Shown one piece after another: positions 1 through 9,918 of a stretch of DNA of 64,000 nucleotides (position 1 is the stretch's first letter; each line of letters begins with the position of its first letter). The stretch is from the NCBI GenBank assembly GCA_963769025.1, contig CAVYKI010000010.1, positions 256,001 through 320,000 on the forward strand, given 5' to 3'. A model generated the notes under the pieces. That model saw only the letters and a program-made list of their open reading frames with translations. It did no database searches and had not been told where the DNA came from. This DNA comes from an uncultured Verrucomicrobiae bacterium. Its GTDB lineage: Bacteria; Verrucomicrobiota; Verrucomicrobiia; Chthoniobacterales; Chthoniobacteraceae. The translations under genes were made by a program, and so were the position numbers.

Positions 1-543
1 CAGCCACGTCACATCACGCTCGCTGCCATCGCTGAAAGTCGCGACCACGCGCAGCGGCTGTGTTTGATCGAAGCCCATGATCCGCTCCGCCGGCTCCACG
101 CGCAATTTGGTCACCTCGCTCTTGCCGCTGATCGCATAGGGCGACCCTCCTACAATCCATTCGCGCAACAGCGCATACTCCCGCGAGCCCGTCTTCATCC
201 GCGCCCCGCCGGAGTGAGGCACCCCCGCTGATGCCTTGCGCAAAAGCAGACTTTCCTCCGGTGCCGCAGCCATGATCCGGCGTCCGCGCGACTGCTTCAC
301 GATGGCATCGTGATCGGCCCGCGGGTCGGTGCCGAAGATGGAAAGCTTGAACCCATTCTGCCCCTCCGCCTTCCCGTGGCACGCCGACGCGTTGCAGCCG
401 AACCGGCTGAGCAGCGGCATCACATCATGGGTGAAATCCACCGCCTCGCCCGCGACGGATGAAGCGGAGACGCACGCCGCGGCCAACAGCAGCAGGCGCC
501 GGCAAATCGCCCGCATGCTGAAAATCCAACAGGCTGTATTCAT
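1..543 (-). CDS. 5' part of an exported DUF1549/DUF1553-type cell-surface protein with Ig-like domain (runs off the window edge)
   Basis: Open frame from ATG at 543 to position 1, not in the ORF track. It reads signal peptide, then VDFTHDVMPLLSRFGCNASACHGKAEGQNGFKLS...EESLLLRKA...LRVVATFSDGSERDVT, the typical N-terminus of this PVC family. Confidence 0.75.
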   Translation of the reverse strand, partial: MNTACWIFSMRAICRRLLLLAAACVSASSVAGEAVDFTHDVMPLLSRFGCNASACHGKAEGQNGFKLSIFGTDPRADHDAIVKQSRGRRIMAAAPEESLLLRKASAGVPHSGGARMKTGSREYALLREWIVGGSPYAISGKSEVTKLRVEPAERIMGFDQTQPLRVVATFSDGSERDVTWL

Positions 544-851
544 GCGCTGGTCTGTCTCGTCGAGGACGCCACGGGAGGAAGTTGGGAGTGGGGAATTTGT
601 AAAAATGCGACTGCCGGAGCCAGGCTCCCCGCGCACACGAGAGGAAACCCCTCACCCCATCCCTTCTTTGTGCCTCTGTAACCGACCTCTCCCCATCCAC
701 AACCCGGCGCAAGCCGCTGATCAGCACACGAAATTACAACGGGCTCCCCACGCATCGAAGGTCCACTCCGCGTTACCATCCGCACATGGGGCACGGAAAA
801 AGTTGCCACCTGTGCGGACATGTGCTTTTCTCCGCGTCCCAAATCGGGAAC

Positions 852-925
852 GCAGCCGTAGCTCAATTGGATAGAGCATCTGACTACGAATCAGAAGGTT
901 TGAGGTTCGACTCCTCACGGCTGCA
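852..925 (+). tRNA. tRNA-Arg(ACG)
   Basis: Acceptor stem GCAGCCG/CGGCTGC, D-arm GCTC-AATTGGATA-GAGC, anticodon arm TCTGA-CTACGAA-TCAGA, T-loop GGTTCGAC. CCA is not encoded. Confidence 0.97.
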
Positions 926-1054
926 CCCTCTGGAAATATGGGTCCGAGGCGGCGGGGTTGCAAAAATCGGGAACGAGGCGCGTTTCCTTGATTAATTCCA
1001 CGACCTACCAATGCGCAGCAGCGGAGGAGGGCCGCGGCACACCTTGGGAGATCG

Positions 1055-2434
1055 TTAGTTCTCCCAGACCGGCAGGCGCACGATGAAGGTGGAACCTTCG
1101 CCGAGGACGCTCCGGCATTCCACGGTCCCTGACATTGCCTCGGCCAGACGCTTGACGATGGAAAGGCCGAGTCCATTGGAAGATTCGCCGCCGGTGGGCC
1201 TCGCGCTCAGTCGGGCGAACTTGCCGAACATTTTCTTTCGATCCCCCTCACTGATGCCCGGTCCCTCGTCCTTCACCGCCACGCAAGCGTGACCGCGCTC
1301 GACGTAGGCACGGATCCGCACGGTGGTCTTGGGTGGCGAATACTTGACGGCATTCGAGATCAGGTTGTCGAGGATCTGCGTGGCTGCACTTGGGTCGGCA
1401 CGAATCGCAAGCTCGCCGGCCGGCTCAAATTGCAATTCGATCTCCTTGCGCTTCGCATTCGGCTGATTCTGCTCCACACCGCATGTGGTGATGACGGCGA
1501 GGTCGCAACGTTCGAGCTTCGCAAGAAAGCGACCCTGCTCAATGGCGTTTACATCAAGCAGATTGCTGATGAGGTCGCGCATCCTTCTGCCCGCGTCTAT
1601 GATGCTCCCGGTAATCATCGCCGTCTCCGGCGTGCGCTCACGCATCGCCAACACCTCCCCGGCCATGATGATCGTGGAGAGCGGATTCTTGAGGTCATGC
1701 GCGGCGATGCCGAGGAACTCGTTCTTTTCGTTGTTCAGCTCGACGAGCTGGTCGTTCGAGACCTTCAGCCGTGCGAGCGCCTCCTCCGTATTTGCACGGG
1801 CCTGTTCACGCAGCGTCTCGAAAATCATCCCGAGAACGAACATGAAAACGATGAGCCCGATATAGCCCATGCCGGTGATCAGTTTCTCCCAGCGCGGATC
1901 GTACGTGCGCGGCAGTTCCACCCCAAGGACCGCCGCGAGGATCACGCAACCTGTGGCGAGCAGGCAGACGAACACCCACCGGAACGCCGCACGCCTCCCC
2001 ACGAGCAACAGCGCCCACAGCGGTACGCCGACGAGCCAGGCGATTGCGTGCCCCGACAGTCCACCCTCCACCAAGCACAGCGACGTAAAGCCGAATGTCA
2101 TCGCACCCGGAAGGACATTTCCCGCGAGATCGAGCGAATGCGTTTTACGCATGAGGAAGGGCGTCATCGCAAAAATCGCACTGCTCACTACGACGATGGC
2201 CGCGCCCCAATAGTGGCCCAGAACCGTGTAAAACGCCGCGTAGGCCATCCCGAACATGCACCCGATCAAACCGATCCTCGCGACGAGTCGTGCGCGACGG
2301 CACAGCTCCGCATCTTGCTTCCATTCCTCAACGACAAACCGATCCGCAAACTCCGTCACCTTCTCTTTCCACGCTTGGATGAAATCCAAGCGCAGCGGGC
2401 GGGCTGGCGCTTCCGGTTCAGTCGGTTTGGACAT
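1055..2434 (-). CDS. Membrane sensor histidine kinase (HisKA + HATPase_c)
   Basis: About six TM segments, H-box AAHDLKNPL, N-box NLISNAVKY, G1 DEGPGI, G2 GLGLSIV. Confidence 0.93.
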   Translation of the reverse strand: MSKPTEPEAPARPLRLDFIQAWKEKVTEFADRFVVEEWKQDAELCRRARLVARIGLIGCMFGMAYAAFYTVLGHYWGAAIVVVSSAIFAMTPFLMRKTHSLDLAGNVLPGAMTFGFTSLCLVEGGLSGHAIAWLVGVPLWALLLVGRRAAFRWVFVCLLATGCVILAAVLGVELPRTYDPRWEKLITGMGYIGLIVFMFVLGMIFETLREQARANTEEALARLKVSNDQLVELNNEKNEFLGIAAHDLKNPLSTIIMAGEVLAMRERTPETAMITGSIIDAGRRMRDLISNLLDVNAIEQGRFLAKLERCDLAVITTCGVEQNQPNAKRKEIELQFEPAGELAIRADPSAATQILDNLISNAVKYSPPKTTVRIRAYVERGHACVAVKDEGPGISEGDRKKMFGKFARLSARPTGGESSNGLGLSIVKRLAEAMSGTVECRSVLGEGSTFIVRLPVWEN

Positions 2435-2653
2435 TGCGTGATGCAAGCGAGTTCAGCGTGCGCGTCAATCGCACGCATCGTGGAAAAGCCATCACCTTCC
2501 GATTTCCGGGCGGCTGCACCACAGTCCTCCGGAGGTGTTCGGTTCCAAAAAGTCAGCGTGCCGCGATCGGCTGACACTCCCTCATGACTACGTTGACGCC
2601 CATGCAGGCCGGCAGCATCCTGCGGCGACCATGCGGTCCGCGATGCGACTCCA

Positions 2654-4006
2654 ATGAACGGAACAGACACCCTTGCCCGGCTCCGTGCCGAGATTCCGAG
2701 CGCAGGCCTCTTTGCGGAAAAGGACTGGCTGCTCTCGCCGGAGCCGCTGCGACTCGGTCCGGATGTCGTCGCGGAGTTGGAAAAGCTCGGCCACCGGCTG
2801 CTGCTCTTCCAGCGCGCGTCGAACGAACTTTACCATCGCAGCGTGGGCGGCAAGGCCCCCGCGTGGGTCGCCGACTATTTTGACCGAGGGAAGCCGCCCG
2901 AGTTGCTCGAATTCGCGCGGCGGAAGCAGTTCCGGAACGATCTGCCGCAGGTCATCCGCCCCGATCTGCTGCTGACGCCGGAAGGATTTGCCATCACGGA
3001 ACTCGACAGCGTGCCCGGCGGCCTCGGCCTCACGGCTTGGCTGAACAAGACCTACGCCGCGCTCGGTTTCGACGTGCTCGGCGGCGCAAATGGCATGCTC
3101 GCCGGTTTCCGTTCCGTCCTCGGCGATGATGCGGACATCGTCGTCTCGGACGAATCCGCCACCTACCGCCCGGAGATGGAATGGCTCGCGCAGCAGGCAA
3201 ACGAATCCGGCGCACAATGGCGCGTGCAGCGCGCGGAAGACTTTCGTCCGCATTCGAAAATCGCGGCCGGCAACGAATCGCCGCGCAACGTGGAAGGGGG
3301 AAAAAACCTGTCGATCTACCGTTTCTTCGAGCTCTTCGATTTGCCAAACATCCCCGCCGCGAAAGCGATCATGGACGCCGCATCGAGCGGTGCCGCACGG
3401 GTGACGCCGCCCTTCAAGCCGTGGCTGGAAGAAAAGCTCTGGCTCGCGCTTTTCTGGTCGCGCCCGCTGCGCGAATTCTGGCGCAGGGAACTGAGCGAAC
3501 GCCACTGGCTCGCTCTGCAAAAGTCCATCCCGCAATCCTGGGTGCTCGACCCCGCGCCGCTGCCGCACCACGCCGTGCTGCCGTGGCTGAACATTTCCTC
3601 GTGGGAGGAACTCGCCGCGTTCTCGCAAAAGGAGCGCGACTTCGTGCTGAAAGTCAGCGGTTTCTCGCCCGAGGCGTGGGGCAGCCGCGGCGTCACCGTC
3701 GGCAGTGACGTGCCGCAGCAGAAATGGGCCTCGGCGATCCATCGCGCGATCGAGGACTTCCCGCACCACCCGCAGGTGCTCATGCGCTTCGCGCACTCGA
3801 AGATCGTCGAGCATCCATATTTCGATCCAGCGACCGGGGCAATGTGCACGATGCGTGGCCGTGTGCGCCTGTGCCCCTACTATTTCGTCACCGATGGACA
3901 GGCGCAGCTCGGCGGCGCGCTCGCCACCATCGTCCCGGCGGACAAGAAACTCATCCACGGAATGCGCGACGCCATCCTCGTCCCGGTCGCGATCGCGCCG
4001 AACTAA
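2654..4006 (+). CDS. ATP-grasp peptide-ligase-like protein (glutathionylspermidine synthase / circularly permuted ATP-grasp-like)
   Basis: Motifs IRPDLLLT..GFAITELDSVPGG, EEKLWLAL, VLKxSG...WGSRGV, RVRLCPY. Confidence 0.6.
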   Translation: MNGTDTLARLRAEIPSAGLFAEKDWLLSPEPLRLGPDVVAELEKLGHRLLLFQRASNELYHRSVGGKAPAWVADYFDRGKPPELLEFARRKQFRNDLPQVIRPDLLLTPEGFAITELDSVPGGLGLTAWLNKTYAALGFDVLGGANGMLAGFRSVLGDDADIVVSDESATYRPEMEWLAQQANESGAQWRVQRAEDFRPHSKIAAGNESPRNVEGGKNLSIYRFFELFDLPNIPAAKAIMDAASSGAARVTPPFKPWLEEKLWLALFWSRPLREFWRRELSERHWLALQKSIPQSWVLDPAPLPHHAVLPWLNISSWEELAAFSQKERDFVLKVSGFSPEAWGSRGVTVGSDVPQQKWASAIHRAIEDFPHHPQVLMRFAHSKIVEHPYFDPATGAMCTMRGRVRLCPYYFVTDGQAQLGGALATIVPADKKLIHGMRDAILVPVAIAPN

Positions 4007-4818
4007 TCGCCCGCCGCGATGAACTCGACCAGGTCGCGGATCGCGCGCCTGTCGAGCACGTGGCCGAAGTGCGCAGGCATCGGGCTCGGCAGCGGAGTAC
4101 GCTCCGCGACATCCGACAGCTTCACCGAGCTCCGCTTGCCATCGACGAACGACGCGAGCGCGATCTCCTCCGCGGATTCGTTTCGCACGATGCCAGCGAC
4201 GGTCTCGCCGTTTTTCAACTTCAGTACAACGCTCTCAAAACCCGTCGCGACCGTCGAGTTCGGCAGGATGAGGGATTCGAGGATATGGCTGCGCTCGGTT
4301 GCCTTGCGGAGCCATGTCAGTTCGGGCCCGATCTGGCCCCCCTTTCCGTCGATCGAATGACAGCGGATGCAGCCCGCCTCGGGCTTCTTCGTGAAAATGG
4401 CGCGGCCTCGCTCACCATCGCCACCTTCCAGGCACTCCTCGAAGCGGCGCACCGGATCGGCTGATTTCGCCAGGCGTTCCTCACGCTCGGCCAGCAGCGC
4501 CTTGAGACCGGCGTTGTTGCGCTTCGCCATCGCTTCAAAGAGATCCAGCCAAAGCGCCGGCGGAAGCTCGCCGCTCCGGTAACGCTCAAACTGGCTCCTC
4601 AACACATCATCCGCCGCGGGATCGCTGTGCACCCCGAGCCTGGTAAGAGCCCGGTGCCGTGCCGACATCCGCCCCTTTTCGAGGACAGCGATTTCCTCCG
4701 CCAGCGTCCGCTCCGGCTCCGCGTGCGAGACCGCCGGCTTTGCGGGTTCTTCCGCACGGCATGCCGCGGAAAGAACGATCGCAATCGCGATGATGGTACA
4801 GGCGTGGGGGAATGGCAT
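4003..4818 (-). CDS. Exported c-type cytochrome, PVC-type heme-binding domain
   Basis: Signal peptide, then GDGERGRAIF..CIRCH..GGQIGPELT..ILESLILP..SPMP. Confidence 0.85.
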   Translation of the reverse strand: MPFPHACTIIAIAIVLSAACRAEEPAKPAVSHAEPERTLAEEIAVLEKGRMSARHRALTRLGVHSDPAADDVLRSQFERYRSGELPPALWLDLFEAMAKRNNAGLKALLAEREERLAKSADPVRRFEECLEGGDGERGRAIFTKKPEAGCIRCHSIDGKGGQIGPELTWLRKATERSHILESLILPNSTVATGFESVVLKLKNGETVAGIVRNESAEEIALASFVDGKRSSVKLSDVAERTPLPSPMPAHFGHVLDRRAIRDLVEFIAAGD

Positions 4819-5101
4819 GGCGTGGCGTGCCGTTGTCGCTGGCACGCGGGAAAATACGGCCCGGCCCGCAAGACCGTCAACGACCGCGCTTGTCCAAGAC
4901 CGGCCAATTCTAGCCGCCGAAAGGAAGCTCCCACCGGCGACATTCCCAAAAGCGTCTCACTCACGTTGCCGCCCACCGTCTGGGGAGCGTGTTCCGCCAT
5001 GCCGCCGGCGTTTCGACCTGTCCGCTGATTCGGCGTCTTCGGGCTTCGGCGGATCTCACTTGGTGCTTCCGTCGCCGCGCGCGATGCGGCACTTTTTCCG
5101 C

Positions 5102-5962
5102 ATGAACCGCCGCGCCGCCCTCACGACCCTCGCCACCGCTGCCACCGCCGGGCTGACCTCGGCCTTCGCGGAGGAAGCGCCGTATCGCATCAAGAACGGC
5201 CGCATCAAGCAGTCCGTCGTGCCGTGGTGTTTCAATCCGATGCCCGTCGAAGAACTCGCGAGGCACTCCGCAGCCATGGGCCTCAAGTCCGTCGAACTGT
5301 GCGACCCGAAGCACTGGCCTTTGCTGAAGGAACTCGGCATGACGTGCGCCATCGCGGGCAGCCACGGTTTTGCGAAAGGCTTCGCACATCGCGAGGAATG
5401 GGACGAGTGCCACGCGAAACTCCGTGAGCGAATCGGCCAGTGCGCCGACGCTGGCGTGGAACGGCTCATCACGTTCAGCGGATTCCGCCGCGGGATCAGC
5501 GACGAGGAAGGAATCAAGAACATGGTCGAGGGGCTCAAGGTTGTCGTTCCGCTCGCGGAGGAGAAAAAGGTGACGCTCTGCATCGAGATGCTGAATTCGC
5601 GCGTGAGCACGACGATGAAGGGCCACCCGGACTACTTCTGCGACTCCATCGAGCGCACGATCGAGATCATCAGGCAGATCGGCTCGCCGCGCGTGAAGCT
5701 GCTCTTCGACATCTACCACGTGCAGATCATGCACGGGGACGTCATCAGCCGCATTCACCAGCACAAGGAATCCATCGCGCACATCCACACCGCCGGCGTC
5801 CCCGGACGCAACGAGATCGACGACACGCAGGAGATCAACTACCCGCCGATCATGAAGGCTTTGCTCGATGTCGGCTACGACGGCTTCGTCGGCCAGGAAT
5901 TCATCCCGACGCGCGACAAGGTCGCCTCGCTCGCGCAGGGCGTGAGGATTTGCGACGTCTGA
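5102..5962 (+). CDS. Tat-exported hydroxypyruvate isomerase-like / xylose-isomerase-like TIM barrel protein
   Basis: MNRRAAL twin-arginine leader, IEMLN, LLFDIYHVQIM, HIHTAGVPGRNE, GQEF. Confidence 0.85.
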   Translation: MNRRAALTTLATAATAGLTSAFAEEAPYRIKNGRIKQSVVPWCFNPMPVEELARHSAAMGLKSVELCDPKHWPLLKELGMTCAIAGSHGFAKGFAHREEWDECHAKLRERIGQCADAGVERLITFSGFRRGISDEEGIKNMVEGLKVVVPLAEEKKVTLCIEMLNSRVSTTMKGHPDYFCDSIERTIEIIRQIGSPRVKLLFDIYHVQIMHGDVISRIHQHKESIAHIHTAGVPGRNEIDDTQEINYPPIMKALLDVGYDGFVGQEFIPTRDKVASLAQGVRICDV

Positions 5963-5996
5963 CCGCCGCGCCGATCTGGATGTCGGCGTGGCGTCG

Positions 5997-6425
5997 CTAC
6001 GGCATCCGCCCTTCCTCGACATCGAACAGGTCGAAGAACGTCACGATGTCCTCCCGGTGCCCAAGCCCGGCCTGCTCGCGCTGCGCCACCAAACCGCCAG
6101 ATGCGGCATCGCGCCAGCCGCGCTTGCTCATGAAGCCATTCCAGATCTCAATCTGCTCCGCGTCCGGCCTGCGTCCGGTCTGGAAACACCATTCGAGGAT
6201 CTCCTCATCCGTCCCGCCCTGCAGCGTGCGCGCCACGAGCGCCTCGTATTCCACGCCGAGCAACCTGCACACGCGGTCGTCAAATGTCCGCTTTCCCGCG
6301 ATGACTCCGACGTTGTAGCCCGCCGGCAGCTTCCCCTGCGCATTGAGGCGGATCTTGTCGAGGATGCGGCCGAAAACAAAGATCCCGCCGACGGGATCGC
6401 GAGCAGAGCGGATGGGGAAGGACAT
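5997..6425 (-). CDS. DUF5069-domain protein
   Basis: GGIFVFGRILDKIRL..G.LP..Y..FD...LGV.Y..L..TDEEILEW..I..WN pattern. Confidence 0.75.
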   Translation of the reverse strand: MSFPIRSARDPVGGIFVFGRILDKIRLNAQGKLPAGYNVGVIAGKRTFDDRVCRLLGVEYEALVARTLQGGTDEEILEWCFQTGRRPDAEQIEIWNGFMSKRGWRDAASGGLVAQREQAGLGHREDIVTFFDLFDVEEGRMP

Positions 6426-6559
6426 GCATGGTGCATAGCCGCTCCCTCGCGACAGCACCAGCCTTGGCACTGCATCGGCCACCCGCCTCCGCCCGAATCG
6501 TGGACGCCTCCGCTCCTCGCGCCGCGATTGGCTATTGAATCCCAACCATCGGATTGCGG

Positions 6560-7528
6560 ATGGTGCGCGGCACTGTGCTGGTCCTCGACGTTTTCACGCA
6601 AGTCCTGCTCCCGATCCTGATCATGTTCGGTTCGGGCTGGCTGCTCGACCGGAAGTGGAACCTGAACCTCGCCACGGTGGTGAAGCTGAACATCAACGTC
6701 TTCGTGCCGGCGTTCATTTTCTACGAGCTGTGCACGGCGAAACTGGATGCGGTGCTCGCGGGCAAAGTGATCGGCTTCACCCTCGCGGAAATGGCCGTGC
6801 TCTTCATCATCGCCGACGTGGTCGCGCGGCTGCGGCATCGCACGCTGGAGGAGCGGCGCTCGCTGCAAGTGGCGTCCATCTTTTACAACTCGGCAAACTA
6901 CGGCATCCCGCTCATGGCGCTCGCCTTTCCGCCCGCGGCGCTCGGCGTGCCGGGGCTCGCGCAGGTGCTGCAGGTCTTCATCATCCTCGTCCACAACATC
7001 GGGAACTTCACCTTCGGCATCTTCCTCGTCTCCTCGTCGCGCGTGCCCGGCTGGCGCGCTGCGCTGCCGATGCTGCGGCAGGCGAGCGTGTGGTCCGTCG
7101 GCGTGGCGCTCTGCGTGCGCGGCATCCTCGGACCGGTGAACCCCGACCTCGTCGGCGGCATGCGCTGGCTGTGGGTGCCGGTGAAGTATTTCCACGACGG
7201 CCTCGTCGCCGTCGCGCTCATCACGCTCGGCATCCAGCTTTCCAAGACGCACGCGCGTGCCGCGCTGCCGCGGCTCGGCTGGGCGCTCGGCCTCCGCCTG
7301 ATCGCCGGGCCGCTCGTCGGCTGGGCGCTCGTGCCGCTGTTCGGCTTCACCGGGGAGACGGCGAAAATCATGATCCTCAGCACGAGTTTTCCCACCGCGG
7401 TGAACACCGCGCTCATCGCGCATGAGTTCAACGGCGACACCGAATACGCGACCGGCGCGGTCTTCTGGAGCACCATCTTCAGCATGGTGACCGTGACCGC
7501 GCTCATCGTGATTCTGAAGATGGTGTGA
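6560..7528 (+). CDS. AEC family (auxin efflux carrier / malate permease) transporter
   Basis: About 10 TM segments, N.ANYGIPL and PTAVNT motifs. Start codon uncertain. Confidence 0.88.
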   Translation: MVRGTVLVLDVFTQVLLPILIMFGSGWLLDRKWNLNLATVVKLNINVFVPAFIFYELCTAKLDAVLAGKVIGFTLAEMAVLFIIADVVARLRHRTLEERRSLQVASIFYNSANYGIPLMALAFPPAALGVPGLAQVLQVFIILVHNIGNFTFGIFLVSSSRVPGWRAALPMLRQASVWSVGVALCVRGILGPVNPDLVGGMRWLWVPVKYFHDGLVAVALITLGIQLSKTHARAALPRLGWALGLRLIAGPLVGWALVPLFGFTGETAKIMILSTSFPTAVNTALIAHEFNGDTEYATGAVFWSTIFSMVTVTALIVILKMV

Positions 7529-8621
7529 AGTGCGGCGGGACCGGGATCACCTTTCGCGTGAGCCATTCGAGCACGCGCGGCCAGCGGCGGGCGGCGGACA
7601 GGAGCGCGGAGGCGAAACGCGGATGCAGGCACGCCGCGCGGGCGAGGCGGTTCACCCAGAGGCGGCCGCGGTAGAGTTGCGCGTGGCTTTTCGCGTAGCC
7701 GGAAATGTCGCGCGAGCGGACGTGCGTCGCGGCGAGTTCTCCGGTGGCAAGCGCGTAATAGATCCCCTCCCCCGTGAATGGCTCGACGACGCGAGCCGCG
7801 TCACCGACGAGCAGCAGCCCTTCACGCGCAGGCCGCAGCGCAGCGCGGGAAAGCGGCGTGACGGTGCGCCATGACTGATCCGCGCCGAGGTGAAACCGCG
7901 CGACGGCCCACGCCTTCAGCGCGCCGATGTCCCGCGGGCGCGCGACGAGGCAGAGGTTCAGCAGACCGTCGCCGACCGCCGCGAGGCCGCTGTAGCCCCA
8001 CGGCAGGAACTGCATCACCACGCGCCCGCCGAGTTCCGGCGTCGCGGGAAAGTGGGTCTGCAGCGCCACGCGATCCTTCGCGGCGTCGGGGAGGATTCCG
8101 AGCAGGCGAGCGACGGTGGAATTGCGCCCATCCGCCGCGACCAGCGTGCGGGCGGTGAAGGTGCGTCCACCGGCGGTGATGCGCCAGACCGCCCCGTCGC
8201 GCACCACGCGCTCGACGGCGGTTCCTTCGCACACGCGCGCACCGCGCGCCTTTGCGGTTTCGAGCAGCAAGGCATCGAGGTGACTGCGACGGACGCCGAG
8301 TTCTGCGCGCGCTCCGTCCGGAAGGTCGCAACGGAGCGAGCGCCCCTGCGCGTCAGCAAACTCCACGCTGCGGAGCGGGCTCGACGGCAGCGCGCGGACG
8401 GCGTCGTCGATACCGAGCCGCGCAAGCACAGGCCATGCGGCGGGGTTCAGGCAATCGCCGCATACTTTCTCGCGGGGAAAAACTTCGCGCTCGATCAGCA
8501 GCGTCCGCAAACCGCCCGCCGCACAAACTGCCGCGCAAACGGAACCGCCAGGACCGCCGCCGACGATGGCGACTTCGTAGCCGTCGCCGGGCGGCCGAGG
8601 TGAAGTGGATGATGCCGGCAT
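7503..8621 (-). CDS. FAD-dependent oxidoreductase, geranylgeranyl reductase-like
   Basis: GGGPGG, FPREKVCGD, AADGRNS, GDAA..EPFTGEGI. Confidence 0.87.
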   Translation of the reverse strand: MPASSTSPRPPGDGYEVAIVGGGPGGSVCAAVCAAGGLRTLLIEREVFPREKVCGDCLNPAAWPVLARLGIDDAVRALPSSPLRSVEFADAQGRSLRCDLPDGARAELGVRRSHLDALLLETAKARGARVCEGTAVERVVRDGAVWRITAGGRTFTARTLVAADGRNSTVARLLGILPDAAKDRVALQTHFPATPELGGRVVMQFLPWGYSGLAAVGDGLLNLCLVARPRDIGALKAWAVARFHLGADQSWRTVTPLSRAALRPAREGLLLVGDAARVVEPFTGEGIYYALATGELAATHVRSRDISGYAKSHAQLYRGRLWVNRLARAACLHPRFASALLSAARRWPRVLEWLTRKVIPVPPHFTPSSESR

Positions 8622-8670
8622 GTTCCGTGTGTGATTCGTCCAGCAACACGCAAAGGGCGAGTGCATTTCG

Positions 8671-8771
8671 GGTAGGGCGCTTTCGCCGAAAGCGCCCGCG
8701 CATCCCGGACAGTTGTCTGATCCTGCAAACCGTGGGTGAACAGCGGGCGGCCTCGGCGAGGCCGCCCTACC
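8671..8771. repeat. GTAG-type REP doublet (REPIN-like) A
   Basis: GGTAGGGCGCTTTCGCCGAAAGCGCCC (8671-8697) and an inverted partner (8745-8771, revcomp GGTAGGGCGGCCTCGCCGAGGCCGCCC). Each has a perfect 11-bp palindrome. Confidence 0.85.
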
Positions 8772-9882
8772 CGCTCGACTCCACGAACGCCTCGGCCACG
8801 CTGTCGGCCAGGAGCTTTCCGCGGCGGGTGAGGCGCACGATGCCGGCTTCCTCGCACAGCAGGCCGATGCGCTCGAACTCCGCGATCGCCGCGCTCCACG
8901 GCGCGAGTTCCGCGCGCGGGATGCCTTCGGCCATGCGGATGCGGAAGGCGGCGATCTCCCCGGCGCGCGTAGCGGCAGCGAGTTCCTCGCGGACGCCGAA
9001 GGCGGGCGCGCCGCCGAGGATGCCGCGGGTGTACGCCGCGGTGTCGCGCACGTTTTCCCACCGCGAGTGGCCCACGGTGCTGAATGCGCCGGGACCGAAT
9101 CCGAGATAATCCGCGCCGAGCCAGTACGCGCGATTGTGCTGCGATTCGCGGCCAGCGCGGGAATAGTTGGAGATTTCGTACTGCGCGAAGCCGCCCGCAG
9201 TGAGCCCGTCCATCGTCTCCTCGAAAAGCTGCGCGTCTCGTTCCTCGTCCTGCCGGAACTCGCCGTGCGCGAGCTTTTGAAAATACGCGGTGTCCTCCTC
9301 GTAGGTGAGGCAGTAGCTGGAAATGTGATCCGGCTTCAGCGCGATCGTCTTCTCCAGCGTCGCGCGCCACTGCGACGGGCGCTGGCCGGGCACGGCGAAC
9401 ATGAGGTCCAGATTGATCTGCGGGATGCCGCTCGCGCGCAGCACTTCATACGTGTGCTCCGCCTGCGCAGCGGTGTGGACCCGGCCCAGCGTCTTCAGCA
9501 GCGCGTCGTCCCACGACTGCACGCCGAGGCTCACGCGCGTGACGCCCATTTCGCGGAGCAGTCGCGCCTTTTCCTCGCGCACCGTCGCGGGGTTCGCTTC
9601 CACGGTCCATTCGCGCAGCGCCGAGAGATCGAGCCGTTCGCGCAGTCCGCCGAGCAGGTGTTCCAGTTGCGCGGTCAGCAGCGAAGTCGGCGTGCCGCCG
9701 CCAAAGTAGATCGTCTCCGGCCGCAGCGTGTGGCTCTCACCCGCGCGCTCCACTTCGCGCAGCAGCGCGTCGAGGAAGTCGCGGTTCTTGTTCTTCGCGC
9801 CGACCTCGACGTAGAAGCTGCAATACGGGCACAGCTTCGGGCAGAACGGGATGTGGAAGTAGAGATGCCGGATGGTGGTCAC
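8767..9882 (-). CDS. hemW: Radical SAM heme chaperone HemW
   Basis: LYFHIPFCPKLCPYCSF, YFGGGTP, YEISNY, HNRAYW, YLGFGPGA. Confidence 0.92.
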   Translation of the reverse strand: MTTIRHLYFHIPFCPKLCPYCSFYVEVGAKNKNRDFLDALLREVERAGESHTLRPETIYFGGGTPTSLLTAQLEHLLGGLRERLDLSALREWTVEANPATVREEKARLLREMGVTRVSLGVQSWDDALLKTLGRVHTAAQAEHTYEVLRASGIPQINLDLMFAVPGQRPSQWRATLEKTIALKPDHISSYCLTYEEDTAYFQKLAHGEFRQDEERDAQLFEETMDGLTAGGFAQYEISNYSRAGRESQHNRAYWLGADYLGFGPGAFSTVGHSRWENVRDTAAYTRGILGGAPAFGVREELAAATRAGEIAAFRIRMAEGIPRAELAPWSAAIAEFERIGLLCEEAGIVRLTRRGKLLADSVAEAFVESSG

Positions 9883-9918
9883 GCGCTCACCTCCCGGTGC
9901 GAACTCCGCAAATCGCGG

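Noticed and set aside
545..850. Riboswitch or ncRNA upstream of the tRNA
   Set aside because: No recognisable conserved motif; likely divergent promoter space. An Rfam scan would be decisive.
852..2650. Integrative island at tRNA-Arg
   Set aside because: No integrase, and I saw no duplicated tRNA 3' end in the window.
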